32,000 bases of DNA from Acaryochloris marina S15. GTDB lineage: Bacteria; Cyanobacteriota; Cyanobacteriia; Thermosynechococcales; Thermosynechococcaceae. The first letter of the stretch is position 1; each line of letters opens with the position of its first letter. The DNA lies in the NCBI RefSeq assembly GCF_018336915.1, contig NZ_CP064923.1, forward strand, positions 4,350,001 through 4,382,000. Reading direction: 5' to 3'. The position numbers were made by a program, and so were the translations under genes. This document shows, piece after piece, positions 10,616 to 18,456 of this stretch. The notes beneath the pieces are model-generated. The model worked only from the letters and a program-made list of their open reading frames with translations. It was not told the origin of the DNA and ran no database searches.

Positions 10616-11677
10616 ATGATCTCCCACGACACCGATTTAGACCAGAATATGGATGAATATCGTGCCAATCCTATTTCAGACATTGCTAGTCCTGCCACAT
10701 CTGTCTTACCGAGTGAAATTTTAATCGTAGACGACACCGTAGAAAACCTCCGGTTACTCTCCAATATGCTGTCAATTCAAGGGTACAGCGTCCGGAAAGC
10801 GACCGGTGGAGAGATGGCCATCCAATCTGTGGAATCACTTCCCCCTGATCTCATTTTGCTCGATATTCTCATGCCCGACTTAAATGGCTATGAGGTCTGC
10901 ACTCAGATCAAACGAAATCCCCAAACCGCTAATATTCCGATTATTTTCCTCAGTGCTCTCGATGACCCTTTAGACAAAGTCAAAGCATTTGAAGTCGGTG
11001 GCGTAGATTATTTGACTAAGCCTTTCCAACTTGAAGAAGTACTAGCAAGAGTCCATAACCAGCTATCCCTGAAGGATGCCCAGGAAAAAGTTGTCGCCCT
11101 AAATGCCAAGCTGCAAGAGTGGTTGGTTGACCAAAACCAAAAACTCCATCTGGCCAACAGCCGCATTTTAGAAACGAGTAGCGTCGATAGTCTTACCGGA
11201 ATTCCGAATCGAGCTTCATTGCTCACCAGGCTAGAACAGTCACTATTCCTAGCCAAGATGGATGAGGCATACAAATTTGCGTTGCTGTATCTAGATTGCG
11301 ATCGCTTCAGCACGATCAACCAATCTTTCGGCTATCAGGCTGGCGATGAATTATTGCAGGAGCTGGTCAAGCGGCTACAAGCCCTCACTCATCCAGATGA
11401 TATGCTTGCCCGCATCGGTGGAGACCAATTTGCCATTCTAATTAATAAGCCATCTGATCCAGATCAGGTCCATCAATTCGCCAAGGAAATTTTGGTCAAG
11501 CTTCAACAGCCATTTCCCATTCAAGGACAAGAAATTGCCCTAAATGTCAGTATTGGCACTGAGTTTGGTGGGGCTCACTTTGAAAAACCCGGCCAGATTT
11601 TCGGTCATGCTGAGACTGCTATGTATCGGTCTAAAGCAGCAGGTGGAAATCAATCGACTTCTTTCACTACCCCATAA
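10616..11677 (+). CDS. Response regulator with REC + GGDEF domain (motif variant GGDQF)
   Basis: The REC region reads ILIVDDTVENLR...LLDILMPDLNGYE...YLTKPF. It is followed by a coiled coil and then the GGDEF fold (LTGIPNRASLL, FGYQAGDELL, ARIGGDQFAILI, AETAMYRSKAAGGN). It starts 36 nt downstream of the kinase. Confidence 0.9.
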   Translation: MISHDTDLDQNMDEYRANPISDIASPATSVLPSEILIVDDTVENLRLLSNMLSIQGYSVRKATGGEMAIQSVESLPPDLILLDILMPDLNGYEVCTQIKRNPQTANIPIIFLSALDDPLDKVKAFEVGGVDYLTKPFQLEEVLARVHNQLSLKDAQEKVVALNAKLQEWLVDQNQKLHLANSRILETSSVDSLTGIPNRASLLTRLEQSLFLAKMDEAYKFALLYLDCDRFSTINQSFGYQAGDELLQELVKRLQALTHPDDMLARIGGDQFAILINKPSDPDQVHQFAKEILVKLQQPFPIQGQEIALNVSIGTEFGGAHFEKPGQIFGHAETAMYRSKAAGGNQSTSFTTP

Positions 11678-11687
11678 AAAATAATCA

Positions 11688-12437
11688 ATGCCGCCCATCT
11701 TGGCTTACAACGAAAGCTCTCTGCCAGCCTCATCCTTGGATAAACGGTTACAGCTGGCAGCCCAACATCATCTTGCATTGGAGATTGCCAACTCCGGTCA
11801 TTTGGATTTAGAGCCTTATCTGAAAGCCAACATTCCGATCGCAGCAGTCCAAGCCTATGCCATGCATGATGTTCATCCCCTCCATCCAGATGCCCAGCAT
11901 CGGCAGCAGGCCCTCCATCATGTTCACCAGACTTTAGAGATTGCTGCTCAACTCCAAGTTCCTCGGATTGTGACCGTCTGCGGATTTGGTAGTGATGTGG
12001 TTGATTCCCCCTTTGAGCGCTGCTTAGATTTTTTCAGTCATTGCGCCGCTAAAGCCAAAACCCTCGGCATCAAAATTATGATTGAGCCATTAAGTCCGCG
12101 ACGGTGTGAAGCCATGACCGAACCCTACCGAATCGGTCAGCTCGTGGACACCTTAGCAGAACCCGAGGTCTTTACCACTCTGCTGGATACTGGACATCTT
12201 CTTGATAGTGGCTACGACTTGGAAGCCTTCTTACCCAACTGGCCCTTTCCCACAGAAGAGCTTCAGCTTAAAGGCCCCCATTCAACCCCGCCTGATTTCT
12301 CCTTGAGGCCATGGCTGATGCAGCTACCGTTCCAACCTGCTGTTTTATGTGTGGAGCACCGCCAGCCTATTACACTCTCTGAGTTCGAGCAGCTGATTTC
12401 AGCAATACGCTTGGAGTTTCCTCTCAATAACGACTGA
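11688..12437 (+). CDS. Xylose isomerase-like TIM-barrel (sugar phosphate isomerase/epimerase family) protein
   Basis: The pattern VCGFGSD...AKTLGIKIMIEPLSP...LLDTGHL is typical of the AP_endonuc_2/TIM-barrel family. It starts 10 nt after the regulator stop. Confidence 0.6.
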   Translation: MPPILAYNESSLPASSLDKRLQLAAQHHLALEIANSGHLDLEPYLKANIPIAAVQAYAMHDVHPLHPDAQHRQQALHHVHQTLEIAAQLQVPRIVTVCGFGSDVVDSPFERCLDFFSHCAAKAKTLGIKIMIEPLSPRRCEAMTEPYRIGQLVDTLAEPEVFTTLLDTGHLLDSGYDLEAFLPNWPFPTEELQLKGPHSTPPDFSLRPWLMQLPFQPAVLCVEHRQPITLSEFEQLISAIRLEFPLNND

Positions 12438-13227
12438 CCTTACAAGCCCAATCATCCTGAAAAATCAGCGGTAAGCCATCCTGAAAGACCAGCAGTTCTC
12501 CGGGTTGAATGGTGGTCCAGGTTTCGTTATCCGTTAGACAAGTAGTGGCGATAATGGCAACGCGATCGCAAGGTGTTGCTAACTCTTGAAAATCAACGGT
12601 CAGATCTTCATCGATTAGGTGTGCTGCCGCAAAGGGGGACTGGCGGACGATATAGCAAAGCTTGGTGGAACAGTGCACAAACAGGTGTTTTCCATCTGAG
12701 AGCAAATAGTTGAAAATCCCATGACTGGCGATGGCCTGAGTCATCTCTTGCAACACGGGGAACAGCTCCTCCATGGGTGGTTGCTCCTGGGGAAATTTAT
12801 CTCTGAGCTGATTCATAATCAAGCAAAACGCTCGTTCACTATCCGTTTGGCCCACGGAGCGATAGGTGCCTAAACTTCCAGATTTCAGAGTGGGTAGGTC
12901 CCCATTATGGGCAAATACCCAATGTCGCCCCCACAGTTCCCGCGTAAAGGGATGACAGTTTTCTAGGCCCACTGGACCAATGGTGGCTTTGCGAATATGA
13001 GCGACAACATTTGTCGATTTAATCGGGTATTCACGAATGAGTTTGGCAATGGCAGAGGTGGCAGAAGGCTTGTCATCTAGGAATATTCGACAGGCTGCTC
13101 CTTCAAAGAAGGCAATGCCCCACCCATCTTTATGATCGTCCGTTTTGCCACCTCGGGCGCAGAAACCTTCAAAGGAGAAACAAATATCCGTTGGCCCATT
13201 ACAGTTCATCCCTAATAACTGACACAT
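12424..13227 (-). CDS. yafJ: Class II (Ntn) glutamine amidotransferase, YafJ family
   Basis: From the internal Met the sequence reads MCQLLGMNCNGPTDICFSFEGFCARGGKTDDHKDGWGIAFFEG...VAHIRKAT...LENCHPFTRELWGRHWVFAHNGDL. This closely parallels E. coli YafJ, with the nucleophile at Cys2. The track ORF begins 4 codons earlier (13239). Confidence 0.85.
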   Translation of the reverse strand: MCQLLGMNCNGPTDICFSFEGFCARGGKTDDHKDGWGIAFFEGAACRIFLDDKPSATSAIAKLIREYPIKSTNVVAHIRKATIGPVGLENCHPFTRELWGRHWVFAHNGDLPTLKSGSLGTYRSVGQTDSERAFCLIMNQLRDKFPQEQPPMEELFPVLQEMTQAIASHGIFNYLLSDGKHLFVHCSTKLCYIVRQSPFAAAHLIDEDLTVDFQELATPCDRVAIIATTCLTDNETWTTIQPGELLVFQDGLPLIFQDDWACKVSRY

Positions 13228-13407
13228 GAGCGATCGCAAGCAGTGCTACGCCGTCGATTGTAGGTGGAAAGGGAAAGAGGCTGCAACCAAATAAAATGCC
13301 AATTTCCACAATCTTGTACGTAAAGAATCGAATGTTTACTAATGCACCTATCTGATGGAGGCATCCTGTACTGTGTTTAGTATTCGGCAGGTGGAGTAGA
13401 GAGCATC

Positions 13408-14184
13408 ATGCTTTACGACACGATTGGGAAAACCTACGCCCAAACCAGGCAGAGTGATCCACGCATCGCAGCAAAACTGTTAGAAATTTTGGAGCCGTTT
13501 CAGGCTTCTACGATTGTAGATATTGGTGCAGGTACAGGGTCTTATGCACTGTATCTGGCCGAGCATGGATATCAAGTTCTGGCAGTTGAGCCATCTACAG
13601 TAATGCGAAATCAGGCGATCGTCCATCCGGCAGTCCGCTGGATAGATGCAAAGGCTGAACATCTGTCATTGCCCTCTCATTCAGCAGATGTAGCTATCAT
13701 CATCTTGGCATTGCACCACTTCCCAGATTATTCGCAAGCGCTGCAAGAGATTCACAGAGTGACCGGGGGAGGGCAGATGGTTATCTTTACCTACGATCCA
13801 GACCTCATTTCTAGTTTTTGGCTAACCGAGTATTTCCCTTCGTTTATTGCCGATGTTCAGTCTACTTTTTTACCCATTGCAACGTTAACGGCTGAGATGG
13901 CAACCATTAAGGATAGGGCTGTGAATATCGTTCCTTTCCCTTTACCCCATGATTTATCAGACTCATTTGCTGCGGTCGGTTGGGCACGCCCCGAGCTGTA
14001 TCTGAAGCACAATATTCGCAACGGAATTTCATCATTTGCCAAGCTCAATGAGAATGAATTAGAGCAGGGGTTATCCAACCTACGCAAAGATTTAGAGACC
14101 GGAATATGGGATCAAAAGCATGGATATCTCCGCCAACACACCTTTTATGATGTTGGCTACAGATTCGTATTTACCGCTCAATAA
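13408..14184 (+). CDS. Class I SAM-dependent methyltransferase
   Basis: Motif I is VDIGAGTGSYALYLAEHGYQVLAVEPS, and the post-I/II pattern is ADVAIIILALHHF. Confidence 0.85.
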   Translation: MLYDTIGKTYAQTRQSDPRIAAKLLEILEPFQASTIVDIGAGTGSYALYLAEHGYQVLAVEPSTVMRNQAIVHPAVRWIDAKAEHLSLPSHSADVAIIILALHHFPDYSQALQEIHRVTGGGQMVIFTYDPDLISSFWLTEYFPSFIADVQSTFLPIATLTAEMATIKDRAVNIVPFPLPHDLSDSFAAVGWARPELYLKHNIRNGISSFAKLNENELEQGLSNLRKDLETGIWDQKHGYLRQHTFYDVGYRFVFTAQ

Positions 14185-14221
14185 TATAGGCTTCTAGTGA
14201 ATTAGACCCATGCTTGACTGA

Positions 14222-14527
14222 TTGAAGTCTCACTTTACCGTAATGGATAGTGTCTTTATGAAAGACTCAATATGCCAAATTCTTTATGACTTACTTGAAA
14301 TCTGTCTACGTCTAGCTCTTGTAATAATTATTACAGCCATATTTTCTTTAATTACAGGGGCCGTCTGTTTATTGATTACCTATATTTGCTATGTGACTAA
14401 AATTATCCCGATCATGTTCTATGGATTTGCCCTAAAATCAATGTTTTTAGCAGCATTTATCAGTCTATTTAGTGGATTTAAAACCTTAGTATGGGATGAT
14501 CTTTATATCTCAAGAAAAAAATATTAA
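14222..14527 (+). CDS. Small hydrophobic membrane protein (2-3 predicted TM helices), start uncertain (TTG 14222, ATG 14243 or 14258)
   Basis: The ORF sits in an AT-rich segment. Hydrophobic stretches are LALVIIITAIFSLITGAVCLLITYICYV and IIPIMFYGFALKSMFLAAFISLFSGF. No recognisable family. Confidence 0.4.
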   Translation: MKSHFTVMDSVFMKDSICQILYDLLEICLRLALVIIITAIFSLITGAVCLLITYICYVTKIIPIMFYGFALKSMFLAAFISLFSGFKTLVWDDLYISRKKY

Positions 14528-14545
14528 AAGACGTCTAAGTTACAA

Positions 14546-14596
14546 ACTCAAGACATTAATTATTTATTTAGAGAAGTTATCGCTAGATCTTCACCA
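14546..14596. repeat. Direct repeat copy A (shorter copy) flanking the HIT gene
   Basis: actcaagacattaa...agttatcgctagatcttcacca matches copy B (actcctaagacattaa...agttgtcgctagattttcaacca). Confidence 0.7.
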
Positions 14597-14682
14597 TAGT
14601 AAGGCAAAGCCACGTAACAAGAATTACATTAATCGGAGCTAATGCAATGGACTGATATTGCGAAAACATTATCAATAGAGAT

Positions 14683-15006
14683 TTGTCAGTCAACAAGGTG
14701 TATGAATCAGAAAATATTGTAGCCTTTCATCACACTCGTCCATTTTGGGAACACCACATAGTTGCAATACCCAAAACGCATATTGAATCCATGGCATCAT
14801 CCGAAGCACATAACCCTGAGTTGATGTCAGAGTTAATGTCTGTCATGCACCAGTTAGCAATTGACTTCAAGGATAAATACGGTGGGTGCCATATTGGTAC
14901 CAATGTTGGCTCTTATCAGTCCGCTAAGCACATGCATTGGTACATTCATGCAGGTCAAAGAGTACGTGATAGAGACGGAAACCTTATAGACGAACGTAGC
15001 AAATGA
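14683..15006 (+). CDS. HIT-family (histidine triad) protein, divergent and probably 5'-damaged
   Basis: KVYESENIVAFHHTRPFWEHHIVAIPKTH aligns with the HinT/Hit core (VYxDDxxxAFxDxxPxxxxHxLxIPKxH). The triad region reads KHMHWYIHAG (HxHxY). Homology continues upstream of the TTG to an in-frame TGA at 14653 (see findings). Confidence 0.7.
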   Translation: MSVNKVYESENIVAFHHTRPFWEHHIVAIPKTHIESMASSEAHNPELMSELMSVMHQLAIDFKDKYGGCHIGTNVGSYQSAKHMHWYIHAGQRVRDRDGNLIDERSK

Positions 15007-15036
15007 TCGTGACTGGTCAATTAGTTGACTGGTCAC

Positions 15037-15115
15037 ACTCCTAAGACATTAACGCTGAAAAATCATTTAAAAACCAGTTGTTCATTGAGGACAGTTGTCG
15101 CTAGATTTTCAACCA
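15037..15115. repeat. Direct repeat copy B (longer copy), overlapping the last 15 nt of the Uma2 gene
   Basis: See copy A. Shared blocks are actc(c)(t)aagacattaa and agttRtcgctagatYttca(a)cca, with about 24 extra nt in copy B. Confidence 0.7.
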
Positions 15116-15664
15116 AGCGAACAAGTTTTCAACTGATAATTGCAGACCACTAGCAAAATCAGGCCCTAGCAAAACCTCATGCGCCGCATCATAAATTTCT
15201 ATTTCTTGCTTAGGACGATAGACAAATACCGTTTTTTCGTCAGGGTCAATCAACCAGCCCATCAATGTTCCATGCTGAAGGCAATGCATAATGTTCTTCG
15301 TCACACGGGTATGACTTTGATCAGGCGATAAGATTTCAATCGTCCAATCAGGAGCAAGCGGAAAAGCATTCGCAACTTCTCCATTTTTATCGAGAGGAAT
15401 TCGGTCCCAAAGAAAAACTGCAATATCAGGAACCGTTGATCGTCCGCCAAAAGTGCAGCGTAGCTCGGGAAAAGCACAAGCAACTCGTTCCGGCTTAACC
15501 ACCGCATTAATCGCAGCTAATAGCTCACCTTGGATGCGGCTATATTTTCCTTGGGGCATTGGCTTCTGCAGGATCTGCCCTTCAATATACTCACTGGCCG
15601 GTTTAGTCTCCGGTAACCTTAGGAATTCTTCCAGTGTCAGGATTTTAGAGGGAACTTGAACCAT
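15101..15664 (-). CDS. Uma2-family (DUF820) restriction-endonuclease-like protein
   Basis: LTLEEFLRLPETKPASEYIEGQILQKPMP...PDIAVF...APDWTIEILSPDQS...K...GWLIDPDEKTVFVY is the typical Uma2 PD-(D/E)xK layout, which is abundant in cyanobacteria. Confidence 0.85.
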   Translation of the reverse strand: MVQVPSKILTLEEFLRLPETKPASEYIEGQILQKPMPQGKYSRIQGELLAAINAVVKPERVACAFPELRCTFGGRSTVPDIAVFLWDRIPLDKNGEVANAFPLAPDWTIEILSPDQSHTRVTKNIMHCLQHGTLMGWLIDPDEKTVFVYRPKQEIEIYDAAHEVLLGPDFASGLQLSVENLFAWLKI

Positions 15665-15703
15665 CTTGAGAGCATCGCTAACAGTGCTAGTTACAGAATA
15701 GCG

Positions 15704-16828
15704 CTAGGTTGAAAACTGGACCTGCCCTGCTTTCACCGTCAATATTTGGGCAGAGTCTAACCATTTGGCATCAAAAGCACCTAGATGGGTGGTCGTAATC
15801 AGGGTTTGAAAGCGGGTCTGAATCGCATCTAAAAGCTGGTTTTGGCGATTGAGATCTAGCTCTGCCAGCACATCATCTAGAAGCAGTAAGGGGGCTTCAC
15901 CGACTACTTCCTCAATCAGCTTCAGTTCCGCTAACTTCAGAGCCAATACTAACGTGCGCTGCTGACCTTGGGACCCATACTGGCGGGCGGGGGTGCCATT
16001 AATCAGGAGCGTCACTTCATCCCGATGGGGACCAACCAGGGATAGACCTTGCAATTGCTCCAGCATCGACTTTTCCTCCAGTTGGCTAAGGAACTGGGGA
16101 TAGAGCTGCTCAGGAAATTGCGGATCGTAGCTAACGTTAGGGGTGTAGAGGATTTCCAGCTGTTCTTGGTGACCACTAATAGTTTGGTGCCAGTGACCCG
16201 CTAGGGGAACTAATCGCATCAACATCCGCTGACGCCGCTGAATCACCCGTGAACCACTCGCCGCTAACTGCTGATTCCACAGAACTAGCTGTTGAGGATC
16301 AACCTGAGGGGCATCGTCAGAACGATGATGTTTGAGATAGGCGTTGCGCTGCTTGAGGACCTGCTGATATTGCTGCAGCAAATGGGCATAGACAGGTTCC
16401 AACTGCACCAGCACCGCATCTAGCCAATTCCGACGCTCTCCTGGCCCTCCCCGCACCAGATCCATATCAAGGCTGGAGAACTGGACTATATTGAGGTGCC
16501 CCAAAAAATCGAGCTGGCGACGAATCGTTTCACTATTAACCGAAACCGTGCGACGGCCATTGGCCCGTAGAGTCAAACTCAAATCGAGAGGGCCACTTTC
16601 TCGTTGGAGGGTCGCCGTTACTTGGCTGAGGGATTCACCGTCTTTAACTAAGTCGCGATCGCGGCTGACCCGATGAGATTTTAAAGTTGAGAGCAGCTCT
16701 ACTGCTTCTAATAGGTTGGACTTTCCCTGGGCATTTGGCCCCACCAAAATGGTTTTGGGAGCAGAGAACTCTACCTGCTGGGCGACATAGTTGCGAAATT
16801 GGATCAGGTGAAGCTGCTGGAGATACAC
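15704..16828 (-). CDS. recF: DNA replication and repair protein RecF
   Basis: GTG start. The N-terminus reads [13 protein letters not shown]...[15 protein letters not shown] (Walker A). The signature/Walker B region reads [17 protein letters not shown]...[12 protein letters not shown]. Confidence 0.95.
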   Translation of the reverse strand: MYLQQLHLIQFRNYVAQQVEFSAPKTILVGPNAQGKSNLLEAVELLSTLKSHRVSRDRDLVKDGESLSQVTATLQRESGPLDLSLTLRANGRRTVSVNSETIRRQLDFLGHLNIVQFSSLDMDLVRGGPGERRNWLDAVLVQLEPVYAHLLQQYQQVLKQRNAYLKHHRSDDAPQVDPQQLVLWNQQLAASGSRVIQRRQRMLMRLVPLAGHWHQTISGHQEQLEILYTPNVSYDPQFPEQLYPQFLSQLEEKSMLEQLQGLSLVGPHRDEVTLLINGTPARQYGSQGQQRTLVLALKLAELKLIEEVVGEAPLLLLDDVLAELDLNRQNQLLDAIQTRFQTLITTTHLGAFDAKWLDSAQILTVKAGQVQFST

Positions 16829-16834
16829 AAGGGC

Positions 16835-17464
16835 TTAATGCTCAAAAATATTGTCAAAATGCATCAGGTCAAGGGTGACGATGGTGGGTAGACACTGGAA
16901 GCAAGCCATGGCTAATTCGAGGCGGTCTTCCCGCTCTAGCATCTTCACGAGGGTTGCCTGAGCAGATAACAGGTAACGGACATCATTCGATGCATAGTTC
17001 AACTGCTCTTCCGAGAGATTTTCAGCATTCCCCCAATCGGAGCTTTGAGCCGACTTGTCGAGTTCTTCACCCACTAACTCTCGCACTAGCTCCTTGAGGC
17101 CATGGCGAGGGCTATAGGTTCGTACCAGCTTACTGGCAATCTTGGTACAAAAGATCGGCATGGTTTCAATATCAAGGTGATGCAACAGCGTGGCGATATC
17201 AAACCGGGCAAAGTGAAAGACCTTGAGGACTTTGTCCGCTTCCATCAGTTGCTTGAGATTGGGCGCATCCATTTGTCCCTGGGCAATGCGTACCACGGTG
17301 ACTTGGCCTTCAGGATTGCAAATCTGTACCAGACAGAGGCGATCACGATGGGGCTTTAATCCCATGGTTTCGGTATCTACCGCAATCCGATCTGCCTGGA
17401 GATAGTCCTGAAGAAAGGCGGTACTGAGGTCGCGATCGCAAACCTGAAACTCACTTAATGCCAT
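16835..17464 (-). CDS. 3'-5' exonuclease, RNase D-like (DEDDy) domain protein
   Basis: IAVDTETMGL (ExoI), VFHFARFDIATL (ExoII) and YASNDVRYLL (ExoIII). The stop lies 6 nt before the recF start. The track ORF begins 12 codons earlier (17500), so the start is ambiguous. Confidence 0.8.
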   Translation of the reverse strand: MALSEFQVCDRDLSTAFLQDYLQADRIAVDTETMGLKPHRDRLCLVQICNPEGQVTVVRIAQGQMDAPNLKQLMEADKVLKVFHFARFDIATLLHHLDIETMPIFCTKIASKLVRTYSPRHGLKELVRELVGEELDKSAQSSDWGNAENLSEEQLNYASNDVRYLLSAQATLVKMLEREDRLELAMACFQCLPTIVTLDLMHFDNIFEH

Positions 17465-17595
17465 GCAAGATTCCCATACGTTCTGATGGGCATTGTACAA
17501 AAATTAAGGGGGGTTCAACAGCCTCAGTCAAAAAGACTCAGAAAATACGGGTCGCCCGTTATAATCACCACAGAGTTTTAGAGAAGAACATCAAA

Positions 17596-17865
17596 ATGGC
17601 GAAGTACGTAATGTGGGGCAGTTACTGCGAAGGCGTGTTAGAAAAGCGAGCACCCTATCGCCAAGATCATTTAGATGGTCTCAACGCTCAGAAAGCGGCA
17701 GGCACACTAGTCACCATTGGTCCGACCAAAGACACCAAAATGGTATTTGGCATCTACGAGGCTGAAAACGAGGCTACAGTCCGTAACCTAGTCGAGTCCG
17801 ACCCTTACTGGAAAAATGGCATTTGGACAGAATACGAAATCCGAGAATGGATTCAAGCAATTTAG
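17596..17865 (+). CDS. YciI-like small protein (89 aa)
   Basis: From the internal ATG the sequence reads MAKYVMWGSYCEGVLEKRAPYRQDHLDGL...GIYEAENEATVRNLVESDPYWKNGIWTEYEIREW. Size and pattern resemble the YCII/DGPF fold. The upstream 46 codons of the track ORF overlap the divergent gene and look non-coding. Confidence 0.65.
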   Translation: MAKYVMWGSYCEGVLEKRAPYRQDHLDGLNAQKAAGTLVTIGPTKDTKMVFGIYEAENEATVRNLVESDPYWKNGIWTEYEIREWIQAI

Positions 17866-18401
17866 AATCAAGTGGATTGAAATTATCTGGCGTAGCTGCC
17901 CCTATTGCCTCATTTATCCAAGCTGCTGCCGACTATTGTTTGTTGATCGAATCATGCGAACAATACGCCACTGATCAATTCATTCACCATGCTCGCTATC
18001 AGGTTGCCCGCATTTATCTGGCAGCACTTTCATTACCTCAAGTTGAAGCAACTGGGGAAAGTCTTAACCGTGATATTTCTCACGAAGAGTATTCACAAAT
18101 CGGCAGATCTCTAGTGGCAAAATTTGATCAGTACAATCTCTACTGGCAAATATTGGATCCTGGAGAGCTTGAGCCTGACGATCCTGGATGTCAAACCTTG
18201 TCAGATGATCTAGCCGATATTTGGCGAGATCTCAAGCCTGGTCTGCTGCACTGGAACACCACAACCGATAGTCTGCGTCAAGCCATCCTTTGGGAATGGT
18301 ATTTTAACTTTCATCATCATTGGTCTACCCATGCTGTTGACGCACTTCGGATTATCGACTGGTTGATTAACCACCATGGAATAGCAGACACAGATACTTA
18401 A
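17847..18401 (+). CDS. Acidic hypothetical protein, DUF5063-like (assignment from memory)
   Basis: FIQAAADYCLLIE...IYLAALSLPQ...LSDDLADIWRDLKPGL...WEWYFNFHHHWSTHAVDALRII matches my recollection of the DUF5063 pattern. The ATG at 17847 overlaps the previous stop by 19 nt. An alternative TTG lies at 17877. Confidence 0.55.
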   Translation: MDSSNLESSGLKLSGVAAPIASFIQAAADYCLLIESCEQYATDQFIHHARYQVARIYLAALSLPQVEATGESLNRDISHEEYSQIGRSLVAKFDQYNLYWQILDPGELEPDDPGCQTLSDDLADIWRDLKPGLLHWNTTTDSLRQAILWEWYFNFHHHWSTHAVDALRIIDWLINHHGIADTDT

Positions 18402-18456
18402 TCAAGCTTTGTTAGGGTCTCAATATCAGCTTTTTCATTTTCACTTGTTTCCCCTC

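Noticed and set aside
14642-14722. 26-codon ORF MQWTDIAKTLSIEICQSTRCMNQKIL upstream of and overlapping the HIT gene, and the idea that the TGA at 14653 encodes selenocysteine
   Set aside because: The mini-ORF is in a different frame from the HIT homology and has no support. The Sec reading is discarded because no SECIS-like hairpin follows the TGA, and cyanobacteria generally lack Sec machinery. A nonsense mutation is the simpler explanation.
17458-17595. 46-codon 5' extension of the YciI-like ORF overlapping the exonuclease start
   Set aside because: The translation (MPCKIPIRSDGHCTKIKGGSTASVKK...) is not protein-like, and YciI-family proteins are about 90-100 aa. The ATG at 17596 fits.
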